A stretch of DNA of 64,000 nucleotides, taken from positions 5,102-69,101 of the forward strand of contig CAXIBS010000002.1 of the NCBI GenBank assembly GCA_964022585.1. The letters run 5' to 3'. This document shows, in pieces, positions 1-10,198 of the stretch. The DNA is from an uncultured Colwellia sp. GTDB lineage: Bacteria > Pseudomonadota > Gammaproteobacteria > Enterobacterales > Alteromonadaceae. The position numbers and the translations under genes are program-made. Each line of letters starts with the position of its first letter. Within the stretch, counting starts at the first letter, position 1. A model generated the notes under the pieces. That model was not told where the DNA came from. It saw only the letters and a program-made list of their open reading frames with translations, and ran no database searches.

Positions 1-300
1 ACCTTGATCTGCTGCCAAACGCATATAGTGTAACCCTAAAGGAATATCTTTTTTAACACAAACGCCATAGGCTAGCATATCGCCCCATAAAAATTGATAA
101 GAAGGCATTTTAGCCTTAATAGCGCGTGCTTCAATATCTTGTACTAACTGACACTCATCTATAACCACTTGACTTAAATGTTTATTTTCTTTTATTAAAT
201 TTAATAGCTGATCATCTGTGTAAATTTGCACCGCTGTTAAATTCTGCCCTTTTACTAAAGGCAAAAACAACATAAAGAAGATGAAAAATAAAGTACGCAT
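1..300 (-). CDS. motX: Sodium-type polar flagellar motor protein MotX (Sel1-like), 5' part, truncated by the window edge
   Basis: Not in the ORF track. Manual translation gives MRTLFFIFFMLFLPLVKGQNLTAVQIYTDDQLLNLIKENKHLSQVVIDECQLVQDIEARA...YQFLWGDMLAYGVCV...AADQG: a signal peptide plus the CQLVxDI and GDMLAxGVCV motifs typical of MotX. Confidence 0.85.
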   Translation of the reverse strand, partial: MRTLFFIFFMLFLPLVKGQNLTAVQIYTDDQLLNLIKENKHLSQVVIDECQLVQDIEARAIKAKMPSYQFLWGDMLAYGVCVKKDIPLGLHYMRLAADQG

Positions 301-353
301 GGTAATCCCAATAGTCGAAATTAAAAATTAAACAAAGTCATAACGTTTACTAG

Positions 354-381
354 TTATCGGCAAACAAACACAAAACTAAAC
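354..381 (-). promoter_or_regulatory. Putative sigma-28 (FliA) promoter for motX
   Basis: Minus strand reads GTTTAG-N14-GCCGATAA: perfect sigma-28 -10 element, partial -35. Confidence 0.7.
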
Positions 382-552
382 GATTATATTACGTTAGTGC
401 TTTATGATAATGCAATTTAAAGGCCACAGTCCGCACAGGTAGCGAAAATAAAGTTAAGTGCGAGTGTTAACATAAATTGTGTAAATGATAAAAACTCGTT
501 AGTATGAATAATTATAGTCTTATAACATTGAAGTTAATTGGCCACACATTAA

Positions 553-1725
553 ATGATTGTAGAAAAGCAACTTACCGAATTAAATGTCGGTCATTATGTG
601 ACAAAAATTGCTAAACAAAATGGTAATTTTTCATTAAGCGCTCCAGGGCACATTAAAAGCGACAAAGTCATTAATCACCTCAAGAGTAAGCAAGTTATCT
701 CTGTATTTATTGATGATAGTAAAACTATTTTCAATCCCCCTTCAAATGAAAGCAGCAATGATAATCAAAAAGATCAAACGACGGTAAAAGCTGAAATTGA
801 AGAAGCTAAAGCTATATTTAATGAGTCAAAAGATATTCAAAAACAGCTTTTTGCCCAAGCACTAAGTGGTATGACTGTCGATTTAGACCCTGTTTTAAAG
901 GTAACAAACAAGTCTGTAGATGCAATATTTAATAATCCAGACTCTTTAGCTTGTATGATAAATATCCGTGAAAAAGACGAATATTTATTAGAGCACTCTG
1001 TTGCTGTTGCTATTTATATCACTATATTTGCCCATCATTTAAAAATAAGTAAAGAAATAGTTCAGCACCTTAGTGTTGGCGCTTTTTTACATGATATAGG
1101 CAAAATAAAAATTCCTGACAGTGTATTAAACAAGCCGGGAAAATTAACAGACGAAGAGTTTACTATTATGAAAACTCACGCTAATCATTCAATAGATATT
1201 ATTAAAAAAACTCCCGGTATTAACGAGTTAAGTTTGGAAATTGCAGCTTTACATCACGAAAAACTAAATGGTGAAGGTTATCCTTTTCAGGTAAAAGGAG
1301 AAGATATTAACCAATATGGTCGCATGATTGCAATTTGCGATATATTTGATGCTTTAACAGCAAACCGTGTTTACAAAGAAGGTTTTACCCATAGTAAAGC
1401 CTTTTCAATTTTACGTGAATTAGCCAAAAGTAATCATCTTGATGCTGTGTTAGTAGATCAATTTATTAAGTGTATTGGAGTTTTCCCAATCGGCTCACTT
1501 GTACAATTAGAGTCTAAAAAATTAGCGATTGTAGAACAACGAAATAATGATGCGCCGATACAACCTAAAGTACGCTCATTTTATAGCGTTAACTTAAATC
1601 AGTATGTTGACACTCAGGACATAGATCTAACAGACACAGATGACTTTATCGTTAAAAGTGTTCGAGCAGAGGAGTTTGATCTTGATATGAATACCATTAT
1701 TACTATGTTATTGATGGAAGGATAA
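553..1725 (+). CDS. HD-GYP c-di-GMP phosphodiesterase with N-terminal DUF3391-like domain
   Basis: EHS, LHDIGK, HHEKLNGEGYP, CDIFDALT motifs. Confidence 0.9.
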   Translation: MIVEKQLTELNVGHYVTKIAKQNGNFSLSAPGHIKSDKVINHLKSKQVISVFIDDSKTIFNPPSNESSNDNQKDQTTVKAEIEEAKAIFNESKDIQKQLFAQALSGMTVDLDPVLKVTNKSVDAIFNNPDSLACMINIREKDEYLLEHSVAVAIYITIFAHHLKISKEIVQHLSVGAFLHDIGKIKIPDSVLNKPGKLTDEEFTIMKTHANHSIDIIKKTPGINELSLEIAALHHEKLNGEGYPFQVKGEDINQYGRMIAICDIFDALTANRVYKEGFTHSKAFSILRELAKSNHLDAVLVDQFIKCIGVFPIGSLVQLESKKLAIVEQRNNDAPIQPKVRSFYSVNLNQYVDTQDIDLTDTDDFIVKSVRAEEFDLDMNTIITMLLMEG

Positions 1726-1747
1726 GTAAATAATAGGTGAGCGAATA

Positions 1748-1794
1748 AAGCAAGTCAGTAAAAATTTTTATTCTGAAAAAATAATGACTTGCTT
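1748..1794. terminator. Inverted repeat between convergent genes, likely terminator
   Basis: AAGCAAGTCA ... TGACTTGCTT. Confidence 0.5.
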
Positions 1795-1808
1795 AAATGT
1801 AGTAAAAA

Positions 1809-2162
1809 TTAGATAGAGAAAGATGAACCACAACCACATGTTGTAGAAGCATTAGGGTTATTTACAACAAAGCGACTGCCCTCTAAACTTTCAAGGTAAT
1901 CAACTTCGCCATCAACTAAGTATTGTAAGCTCATCGGGTCAATAACCATGGTTACCCCCTGTTTATCAATAGTCATATCCCCATCATTAACTTTTTCATC
2001 AAAAGTAAAGCCATACTGAAAACCAGAACAACCGCCACCCGTAACATAAACTCTTAGTTTTAATGCTGGGTTTTCTTCTTCTGTTATCAATGACAACACT
2101 TTTTTAGCTGCTGAATCAGTGAATTTAATGGGTAACTCTGGATTTTCGATTGGATCAGACAT
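1809..2162 (-). CDS. erpA: Iron-sulfur cluster insertion protein ErpA
   Basis: [17 protein letters not shown] and CGCGSSF motifs; lies near clc and hemL. Confidence 0.95.
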   Translation of the reverse strand: MSDPIENPELPIKFTDSAAKKVLSLITEEENPALKLRVYVTGGGCSGFQYGFTFDEKVNDGDMTIDKQGVTMVIDPMSLQYLVDGEVDYLESLEGSRFVVNNPNASTTCGCGSSFSI

Positions 2163-2220
2163 AGAACTCTACTTTCTACTTAAAAATAAGGGAAACAATA
2201 TATATATTTGCAATTATCTT

Positions 2221-2245
2221 AAACCTGACTAATTTAATCAAGTAT
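2221..2245. promoter_or_regulatory. IscR type-1 binding site upstream of erpA
   Basis: AAACCTGACTAATTTAATCAAGTAT matches ATASYYGACTRWWWYAGTCRRSTAT at 23/25 positions. Confidence 0.8.
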
Positions 2246-2982
2246 TATTCTAAATTCCAAAGTAGTGTTTTGTTAAGCTTTTGATATTTTTGCCATTTAC
2301 TTTTGGTCAAAATTGCAGCCACTTGTACTTCTTCAGCAACAAAGCCAATGGGTAATGTAAAGGCACCAGAAATAACTTGAAAATATTTGAAACTAAAAGA
2401 TAAGTTTTTTTTGGTTAAATCAGATATATCTGACAGTTTTAATTGGCTTGGCTTACCTTCAAAACTACCTTTTACAATTAAATCAACATACCCTTTAGCA
2501 TAACGTTTTTTAAGCTTCTGCTGCACTAGGGTCACTTGAAAGTTATAATGCTCAGGACTTTTACTGGCCGAAAATGTAACATTGTCTATCACTAAACCAT
2601 TAGCGCCTTTTTCAGGGGCCATTACTTTTTCATAAAAACCTAATTGTTTTTTAACTTGAAAAGATTCATCTGCAATTTGTTTTAATGCAATTTGTGCATT
2701 TTTATTAGCGAGTTGTTCAACAGCCAGCTCAACTTCTAACATATTAATGCGCTCAACTTGCAACGCTTGTTCTTTATATAAATATTCAAGGCGTTCTTTT
2801 TGTTGTGCTAATGTTGTTTCTTGAAAGTTATGATAGAAGTTGCCGAACCGATAACCTGTAAACAAACAAATGAGTATTAAGCTAATTAAAAAAAGTGCCG
2901 ATTTAAACAGCCCTAAACGTGCAATAACTACAGAAAGATTTATTTTTGCTAACCAATTCATGTCTAACGTATAATAATCCAA
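2245..2982 (-). CDS. Conserved membrane-anchored coiled-coil protein (DUF6776-like)
   Basis: N-terminal TM, coiled coil, FYEKVMAPE and FKYFQ motifs; family name from recall. Confidence 0.6.
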   Translation of the reverse strand: MDYYTLDMNWLAKINLSVVIARLGLFKSALFLISLILICLFTGYRFGNFYHNFQETTLAQQKERLEYLYKEQALQVERINMLEVELAVEQLANKNAQIALKQIADESFQVKKQLGFYEKVMAPEKGANGLVIDNVTFSASKSPEHYNFQVTLVQQKLKKRYAKGYVDLIVKGSFEGKPSQLKLSDISDLTKKNLSFSFKYFQVISGAFTLPIGFVAEEVQVAAILTKSKWQKYQKLNKTLLWNLE

Positions 2983-3019
2983 TAAAAATAATATAAAGCG
3001 ACACTAGTTACCAATAATA

Positions 3020-4819
3020 ATGAAAGTTCTTAACGCAGTAAGAAAACATTTAGCATTACCAAAAACCTCATGGCAAATATGTCTACTTGCCATTATAGGT
3101 GGTTTTGCATCGGCATTGTTAGTCGTTTTGTTTACCTTAACTATTGAAGCAATTCAGCAACTCTACTTAGTTAAACGTGACGACTATACCACTTTAGATG
3201 ACATAAGTCGTTTTGATTTACCAATCATTGGCTCTTTGGTTATATTATTTTTTGCTTGGTTAACGGGCTATCAATACTTAAGAACAGGAATTCCTTTTGT
3301 ATTGCATCGTTTAAAGGTTGCCCACGGTGTTATTCCATTTAAGAATACTTTCAATCAATTTTTTGGAAGCGCAATAGCATTAGCTTCTGGTTTTTCAGTT
3401 GGTAGAGAAGGTCCCGCTGTGCACTTAGGAGCTGCGTGTAGTAGCTATTTAGGCAATTTTTTAAAGCTTCCCCATAATAGTACACGCACTTTATGTGCAT
3501 GTGGTATTGCTGCTGGCATATCAGCTACTTTTAACACCCCTATTGCTGCAGTAATTTTTGTGATGGAAGTAATTATGCGAGAGTATAAGGTGCATATTTT
3601 TATTCCCATCATGCTCGCATCATTAGTTGGTTCATTTGTGACTACCTTTGCTTTTGATGTTTCACATAATTTTGAATATCTTCACAAAATCGAACTAATT
3701 CAGCAACATTATGTTCCATTAGTCATTTTAGCTATTTTTTTAGGGCTACTAGCAGCCGCATTTAATAAAACCTTAGTTAGCATTATTCAACACAGTGCAA
3801 AAGTTCACATTGTACCAAGGCTTATGGTCGCAGCATTGATTACCGGTAGTTTAGGTTACTTAATCCCAGGCGCAATGGGAGCTGGTGCAAGTGCTGTAGA
3901 TGTATCTTTAACAAGTAACTGGCAAGTAGAGTTATTGTTAGGTTTGCTGCTTGCCAAGTTTTTAATGACCACTTTTGCACTCGGTTTAGGCATTCCAGGT
4001 GGAATAATTGGTCCAATTGTTGGTATTGGCGCAATAGCAGGGGCTTTAAGTGGCGCACTCGCTATGCAAATTTATCCTGGAGAGCATTTAGGTAGTGACT
4101 TTATTTTAATGGGAATGGCTGGATTTATGGCTGCTAGTTTAAATGCACCTTTGGCTGCATTATTAGCGGTTGTTGAACTATCTGGACAACTAGAAATAAT
4201 TATACCTGCAATGACGGTAATTACTATTTCAAGCATTGTCTCTGGCCAGCTATTTAAAAACCGCTCAATATTCACTATGCAACTAGATGTTCAAAACCTA
4301 ATTTACAGTAAACCTCCTGTTGAAAAAACATTACAAAAAATTGGTGTTTTAGGCTTGATGATTGAAAAGTTTGAATTAATTGAACAAGCATCAAAGCAAT
4401 CTCTCGCGGGCGTGTTAGCAAGTAGCAACATTGATACTCCAGTAGTACTTAAAACGGTTAAAAATATTATCAAGAATAAAAAAGTAATAAAAGTTACTAG
4501 CTATCATTGGGCTAAGTTTGATGAAGAAACTTCATTAACAAATAACGCCCTTGACACTTCAGAAGCTGCAATACCCTTTGAAGATGGGCATGTTTACCAA
4601 GCTGCTGACAATATGTGTTTGCATAAACTCATTCCTATATCTCATCAAGCAACACTAGCTGAAGCATACCAACTGTTAATTGCAGAGCGGTGTGGTGCTG
4701 TCTATATATATCAAGATAATATTAATGACATTGTCGGTATAGTTACTTTTGAACAAATTAGACAATACCTTGTTACAGGTAAATTAATCATTGGAAAACC
4801 AACCTATATTGAGCAATAA
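3020..4819 (+). CDS. ClC-family chloride channel/transporter with CBS-like C-terminus
   Basis: GREGP, FNTPIAA, GIPGG motifs; many TM helices. Confidence 0.9.
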   Translation: MKVLNAVRKHLALPKTSWQICLLAIIGGFASALLVVLFTLTIEAIQQLYLVKRDDYTTLDDISRFDLPIIGSLVILFFAWLTGYQYLRTGIPFVLHRLKVAHGVIPFKNTFNQFFGSAIALASGFSVGREGPAVHLGAACSSYLGNFLKLPHNSTRTLCACGIAAGISATFNTPIAAVIFVMEVIMREYKVHIFIPIMLASLVGSFVTTFAFDVSHNFEYLHKIELIQQHYVPLVILAIFLGLLAAAFNKTLVSIIQHSAKVHIVPRLMVAALITGSLGYLIPGAMGAGASAVDVSLTSNWQVELLLGLLLAKFLMTTFALGLGIPGGIIGPIVGIGAIAGALSGALAMQIYPGEHLGSDFILMGMAGFMAASLNAPLAALLAVVELSGQLEIIIPAMTVITISSIVSGQLFKNRSIFTMQLDVQNLIYSKPPVEKTLQKIGVLGLMIEKFELIEQASKQSLAGVLASSNIDTPVVLKTVKNIIKNKKVIKVTSYHWAKFDEETSLTNNALDTSEAAIPFEDGHVYQAADNMCLHKLIPISHQATLAEAYQLLIAERCGAVYIYQDNINDIVGIVTFEQIRQYLVTGKLIIGKPTYIEQ

Positions 4820-4860
4820 ATTACTGCTTTATATGAGTAAATTAAAGGATATTTAAAGTA

Positions 4861-5307
4861 ATGAATGAGTTTTTAATTAATCACCTATTATGGCTAAAAG
4901 CGTTCCATGTTATTTTTATGGTTGCTTGGTTTGCTGGCATTTTCTATTTACCTCGCTTGTTTGTTAATCATGCTGAAACAACTTCAACTGAAATTGCCGA
5001 GCAATTAAAAGGCATGGAAAAACGCTTACTTTATTTCATAACTCCCTTCGCTATTTTAACCGTATTGTTTGGTTCATTACTCATATATGCATATGGTTCT
5101 GCATGGTTTGTCGCTGCAAAGTGGCTACATATAAAGTTAACATTAGTCATTATCTTACTTTGTTATCATGGCTATTGCTTTAAGCTTTTAAAGGTCTTTG
5201 CATCAGACAAAAATACGCGTTCTGGAAAGTTTTATCGTATTTTTAATGAGATACCTGTATTAGCACTATTCGCAATTATTATTCTTGCTTATGTTAAGCC
5301 AATTTAA
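4861..5307 (+). CDS. hemJ: Protoporphyrinogen oxidase HemJ
   Basis: WLKAFHVIFMVAWFAGIFYLPRLFVNH, KLTLV, FNEIP motifs. Confidence 0.92.
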   Translation: MNEFLINHLLWLKAFHVIFMVAWFAGIFYLPRLFVNHAETTSTEIAEQLKGMEKRLLYFITPFAILTVLFGSLLIYAYGSAWFVAAKWLHIKLTLVIILLCYHGYCFKLLKVFASDKNTRSGKFYRIFNEIPVLALFAIIILAYVKPI

Positions 5308-5488
5308 GCTAGCTTGTAGCTAAACCTTTCATAGTACTAAATAAAGTTCTCAATATATTGTTGAATAGTTATTGCTCTGAGTTTAAAAGTCACGTATTTT
5401 TAACACGCAAATATAACAATCCATTAACAACCCTGCAGTTTTAGCTTATTTTTTCAGTAGCTCATAAACTGCAGTTAGAGGTTCAACA

Positions 5489-7567
5489 ATGCAACATTAT
5501 TTAAAACTCGCCCTTTTATCAGCTTCTCTATGCGCCGCTTTTAGCAGCGATCTTAGCTTGGCAAAAAGTACATCATTAGTTCCAGTAAAACCTAAAATTG
5601 TTGGTGGTAAAGTTGCCGCTGAAGAACAATGGCCTTGGATGTCAGCACTGGTGTATACCTCAAGTAACATTGCAACTACCTTAACGGTTAACAACACAAG
5701 CTATGAAAGCCAATATTTATCAGGCGGTGTTCTTGGCAATGCGACAGGTAATTTAGTTGATTGTGGTATTGGTGACACTCAATGTGCTGATGCAAGCAAT
5801 AAAATATGCTTAATTGAACGTGGAACCAGTACTTTTGCTGAAAAAGTTACAAACTGTCAAGCTGGCGGTGGGATTGGCGCAATTATTTTTAATAAGGAAG
5901 CAGGCAGCTTTAATGGCACATTAGGTGAAGATTTTTCAGGCACAATACCTGCCGTTTCAATCACTCAAACTGACGGCAAAACTTTACAAGAAAGTATCGG
6001 CGTAAGTGCCAGCTTAACTGTTGCTGCGGGCACTTCTACAGTGCAGTCATCTACTTGTGGCGCTTCTTTTCTTGGCGATAAGTGGGTACTAACAGCTTCC
6101 CATTGTGTAGAAGGCGTTTCTGCTGAACTTCTGAAGGTAAACGTTGGTGAATATGACTTAAGTAACGGCGCTGAAAATGCCAAAGCGATCAAACGTATAT
6201 ACATGCACCCTAATTATCAACTTAATGTTGAACTAGACAATGATATAGCCTTAATAGAGTTAGTCGATAGTGTAGATAACCCTGCGATAACTTTAGTTAA
6301 TTCAGCTGAAACAGAACAATTTGCACAACAAAACGATACCGTAACAGTTGCGGGTTGGGGTGGCACACTCGGCTACAAACCGAATGAGGGTCCAACAGCA
6401 GATTTCCCAGATGTATTACATCAAGTAGATTTACAACTTAGCACTAACCAAGAATGTAAAAGTATTCTGGCACAATCTTTCTCTGATACCTTTGGTGGTA
6501 GATTTACTACGGATCAAACCGGTGTAACAGATGCAATGATTTGTGCATTTGTAGCAGGCGGTGATAAAGGCTCATGTCAAGGAGATAGTGGTGGCCCATT
6601 AATGATTAACACTAATGAAGGCTGGCAACAAATTGGTGTTGTAAGCTGGGGAATAGGTTGTGCTGCAGAAGGCTTCCCTGGTGTTTATACTCGTACTGCT
6701 GTTTTTGAAGAATGGATTAATGAAATCAGCCAAGGTATAGCGATTGATCAAACCCTTGATTTTACAGTTCAAGCAATGAATAAACCACAAACAGCAAGTG
6801 TGGACGTAGTCAATAATAGCGCATTAAGTACCAACCTTACTTTTGAAGTTACTGGCGACCCTAATTTTACTATCGTAAATAATAATTGTAGTAGTTTAGC
6901 TGCAGGCGCCACTTGTACATTAGAAGTTAGTTATGATGCTGCACAAGTAGGCAAACATAGCGCAAGAATAAATATCATCTCAGATAATGGTGCAATTCCA
7001 ACAAGTTCTACTCATATTGTAGCTCGCACGGTTGCGCTTGCCAGCGAAATAAAAACACAATTATCAAGCTCTAATAGCGCATTAACTTGGTATAGTGGTG
7101 GTAGTGATAATAACTCAGCATGGCAACTTGATAACACCGAAGCTGCCATAGTTAGTGGTAATATTAGCGACGAACAACAAAGTATCGCCTTAGTAACAGT
7201 TGCAGGGGGCGGTGAATTATCTTTTGAATGGTCGGTATCTTCAGAAGAAAATACAGATGATCCAGCAAGTCCTTACGATGCCCTTTATTTATATATGGAT
7301 GGCGAGTTAATTAGCTTTATTTCGGGTGAAGTTGCTTACCAACAAGAGTCTGTGAGTTTTGGTTCAGGTGAACACATTATTACCTGGGTATATGAAAAAG
7401 ATGCATCAACTTCGGCTGGAGAAGACAATGCGCACCTTCGTAATGTTGTTTTTACGCCGACTCCAGTAGTTACACCACCAACAACACAAAACACTAGCTC
7501 AGGTGGCGGTAGCATCGCTTGGTTTTCACTAATATTTATGGCAATTATCTGCCTTCGCAAAAAATAG
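5489..7567 (+). CDS. Secreted S1 (trypsin-family) serine protease with inserted PA domain, Ig-like domains and GlyGly-CTERM anchor
   Basis: Signal peptide; IVGG, LTASHC, DIAL, CQGDSGGP; PA motif ICLIERG...FAEKV...IPAVSI; C-terminal SSGGGS-hydrophobic-RKK. Confidence 0.88.
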   Translation: MQHYLKLALLSASLCAAFSSDLSLAKSTSLVPVKPKIVGGKVAAEEQWPWMSALVYTSSNIATTLTVNNTSYESQYLSGGVLGNATGNLVDCGIGDTQCADASNKICLIERGTSTFAEKVTNCQAGGGIGAIIFNKEAGSFNGTLGEDFSGTIPAVSITQTDGKTLQESIGVSASLTVAAGTSTVQSSTCGASFLGDKWVLTASHCVEGVSAELLKVNVGEYDLSNGAENAKAIKRIYMHPNYQLNVELDNDIALIELVDSVDNPAITLVNSAETEQFAQQNDTVTVAGWGGTLGYKPNEGPTADFPDVLHQVDLQLSTNQECKSILAQSFSDTFGGRFTTDQTGVTDAMICAFVAGGDKGSCQGDSGGPLMINTNEGWQQIGVVSWGIGCAAEGFPGVYTRTAVFEEWINEISQGIAIDQTLDFTVQAMNKPQTASVDVVNNSALSTNLTFEVTGDPNFTIVNNNCSSLAAGATCTLEVSYDAAQVGKHSARINIISDNGAIPTSSTHIVARTVALASEIKTQLSSSNSALTWYSGGSDNNSAWQLDNTEAAIVSGNISDEQQSIALVTVAGGGELSFEWSVSSEENTDDPASPYDALYLYMDGELISFISGEVAYQQESVSFGSGEHIITWVYEKDASTSAGEDNAHLRNVVFTPTPVVTPPTTQNTSSGGGSIAWFSLIFMAIICLRKK

Positions 7568-7656
7568 GCAACAAAATGTAAACCTGCACACAAAAGGTCG
7601 TTAAATGGCCTTTTGTGTGCTATATTTCGTCAAATTTTTTCTCGAATGTTTTCACT

Positions 7657-8667
7657 ATGATGAATTTTCAAGGCAGTCATATTTTATCTGTTTCGCAACT
7701 TGACCGCGAAGCAATCGCCAGAATATTAGATATTTCCGCACGAATGGCCCCGTATGCAGCTCGTCAAAAGCGCTGTACAGTTCTTGAAGGGGCAATTCTA
7801 AGCAATTTATTTTTCGAACCAAGTACTCGCACTCGAGTAAGTTTTGGTACTGCCTTCAATCTATTAGGTGGTTATGTAAGAGAAACAGTTGGACAAGAAA
7901 ACTCATCATTGAGTAAAGGTGAATCATTGTTTGATACCGCACAAGTTATCAGCGGTTATTCAGACGTTATTGCCATGCGCCACCCGCAAATGCACTCTGT
8001 TGAGCAGTTTGCTCAAGGGAGTACTGTGCCAGTGATTAATGGCGGCGACGGAGCAAATGAGCATCCGACACAAGCGCTTCTTGATTTATTCACAATACAA
8101 TCTGAAATGATGCACTTTCATAAAGGGCTAGATAACCTTGATATTGTTCTGATGGGAGATTTAAAACATGGTCGAACAGTACATTCTTTATCAAAGCTGC
8201 TTAGCCTTTACAATAATGTCAAGGTAACAATGGTTTCACCAACCGCATTACAAATGCCAGAGAGTGTAGTATCTACACTAGAAAATGCAGGCCATCAAGT
8301 TATTATCACCGACACTATGGCTGGCAACTTATCTTGTGATGTTATTTATCAAACACGCATTCAGCAAGAGCGCTTTGCTAGTAAAGATGAAGCAGACTTA
8401 TATCGTGGCCATTTCAGTTTAAACAAGAGCGTTTATCAAAAATATTGCCGCGAAAACACCGTAATTATGCACCCTCTACCAAGAGACTCTCGTCCAGAAG
8501 CAAATGAGCTAGACATTGATTTAAATGATTTAGATAGTTTAGCCATATTCAGGCAAGCACAAAATGGTGTGTTAGTTCGCATGGCATTATTCGCCTTAAC
8601 ACTCGGCGTAGAAGAACAATTATCCCAATACGAAAAAGAAGTGAATTGGCACACTAGAAAGCGCTAA
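7657..8667 (+). CDS. pyrB: Aspartate carbamoyltransferase catalytic subunit
   Basis: FFEPSTRT, HPTQ, GDLKHGRTVHSL, MHPLPR; start moved to ATG 7657. Confidence 0.9.
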   Translation: MMNFQGSHILSVSQLDREAIARILDISARMAPYAARQKRCTVLEGAILSNLFFEPSTRTRVSFGTAFNLLGGYVRETVGQENSSLSKGESLFDTAQVISGYSDVIAMRHPQMHSVEQFAQGSTVPVINGGDGANEHPTQALLDLFTIQSEMMHFHKGLDNLDIVLMGDLKHGRTVHSLSKLLSLYNNVKVTMVSPTALQMPESVVSTLENAGHQVIITDTMAGNLSCDVIYQTRIQQERFASKDEADLYRGHFSLNKSVYQKYCRENTVIMHPLPRDSRPEANELDIDLNDLDSLAIFRQAQNGVLVRMALFALTLGVEEQLSQYEKEVNWHTRKR

Positions 8668-8774
8668 TCATCTATTTTATTAACAATAATACTGTTGAAC
8701 TTATTAGCTCACTAAGTGAGAAAGGACTATTTTCAGCATAAGTAATTAATCTGTGAAAAACAAAGAGTAAATTT

Positions 8775-10082
8775 ATGGACCAAACAACAAATTTAGTAAC
8801 GAGTAATTCAGAAGAGTTATTTTCTCAAGCGAGTAAAGTAATTCCTGGTGGCGTTAACTCTCCTGTACGTGCTTTTAAAGGAGTAGGTGGTGTACCGCCG
8901 TTTATTAAGCGTGCTGAAGGTGCTTATATTTATGATGCTGACGATAATGCTTACATTGATTATGTCGGTTCATGGGGACCAATGATCTTAGGTCATAACC
9001 ACCCTGCTATTTTAGAAGCCGTTATCAGCACAGCTCAAAATGGTTTAAGTTTTGGTGCACCAACAGAGTTAGAAATAACTGCCGCTGAGAAAGTACGTGA
9101 ACTAGTACCTTCAATGGAATCTCTTCGCATGGTTAACTCTGGTACTGAAGCAACCATGAGTGCTATTCGCTTAGCTCGTGGTTATACCAATCGTGATAAA
9201 ATTTTAAAATTTGAAGGGTGTTACCATGGCCATGCTGATTCATTATTAGTAAAAGCAGGTTCTGGTGCATTAACTTTTGGTGTACCTAACTCTCCGGGTA
9301 TTCCTGCTGACTTTGCTAAGCACACCTTAACGGTTAGCTATAACAACATCGAGCAAGTAAAAGAAATATTTGCTAAATACCCTGATGAAATAGCTTGTAT
9401 TATCGTTGAACCAGTTGCTGGTAATATGAACTGTATTCCTCCGGTTAAAGGCTTCCTTGAAGGCCTACGTGAAGTGTGTGATCAATACGGAACAGTATTA
9501 ATTCTTGATGAAGTTATGACAGGGTTTCGTGTTGCATTAGGTGGCGCACAAGCACATTACAATATCAAACCCGATTTAACCACTTTAGGTAAAGTTATTG
9601 GCGGTGGTATGCCTGTAGGTGCATTTGGTGGTAAACAAGAGATTATGGATTATGTAGCTCCTGTTGGCCCAGTTTATCAAGCGGGTACTCTTTCTGGAAA
9701 CCCTATAGCAATGGCTGCAGGCCTTGCTTCATTAACTGAATTATCGAAAGGCGATAAGCATGCGCAACTAAGTGCTAGCACTGAAAAGTTAGCCATGGGA
9801 CTAAAAGCTGCAGCTGAACGCCATGGTGTTAGCTTAAGCATTAACTATGTTGGTGCTATGTTTGGCTTTTTCTTTACTGATGATGAGCAACCTATTACAA
9901 CATTTGAACAAGTTATGGCTTGTGATAGTGAGAAATTCAATCGTTTCTTTCACTTAATGTTAGAGCATGGTGTTTATCTTGCGCCATCAGCATTTGAAAC
10001 AGGCTTTTTATCAACTGCACATAGCGATGATCTTATTGAACAGACACTTGAAGCTGCGGCTAAGTGTTTCGCTCAACTATAA
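8775..10082 (+). CDS. hemL: Glutamate-1-semialdehyde 2,1-aminomutase
   Basis: [32 protein letters not shown] motifs. Confidence 0.97.
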   Translation: MDQTTNLVTSNSEELFSQASKVIPGGVNSPVRAFKGVGGVPPFIKRAEGAYIYDADDNAYIDYVGSWGPMILGHNHPAILEAVISTAQNGLSFGAPTELEITAAEKVRELVPSMESLRMVNSGTEATMSAIRLARGYTNRDKILKFEGCYHGHADSLLVKAGSGALTFGVPNSPGIPADFAKHTLTVSYNNIEQVKEIFAKYPDEIACIIVEPVAGNMNCIPPVKGFLEGLREVCDQYGTVLILDEVMTGFRVALGGAQAHYNIKPDLTTLGKVIGGGMPVGAFGGKQEIMDYVAPVGPVYQAGTLSGNPIAMAAGLASLTELSKGDKHAQLSASTEKLAMGLKAAAERHGVSLSINYVGAMFGFFFTDDEQPITTFEQVMACDSEKFNRFFHLMLEHGVYLAPSAFETGFLSTAHSDDLIEQTLEAAAKCFAQL

Positions 10083-10097
10083 TATTAGAGCAATTGT

Positions 10098-10136
10098 AAA
10101 AAAGGCTTTAAGGTATACATACCTTAAAGCCTTTTT
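10098..10136. terminator. Bidirectional Rho-independent terminator (hemL/moeA)
   Basis: AAAAAAGGCTTTAAGGTAT-AC-ATACCTTAAAGCCTTTTT. Confidence 0.85.
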
Positions 10137-10198
10137 ATTATCAGGATAGTCGGTAATTATTTTCGCGATCTAAGTTTTACTTAGGTCTCTTAAAATAA

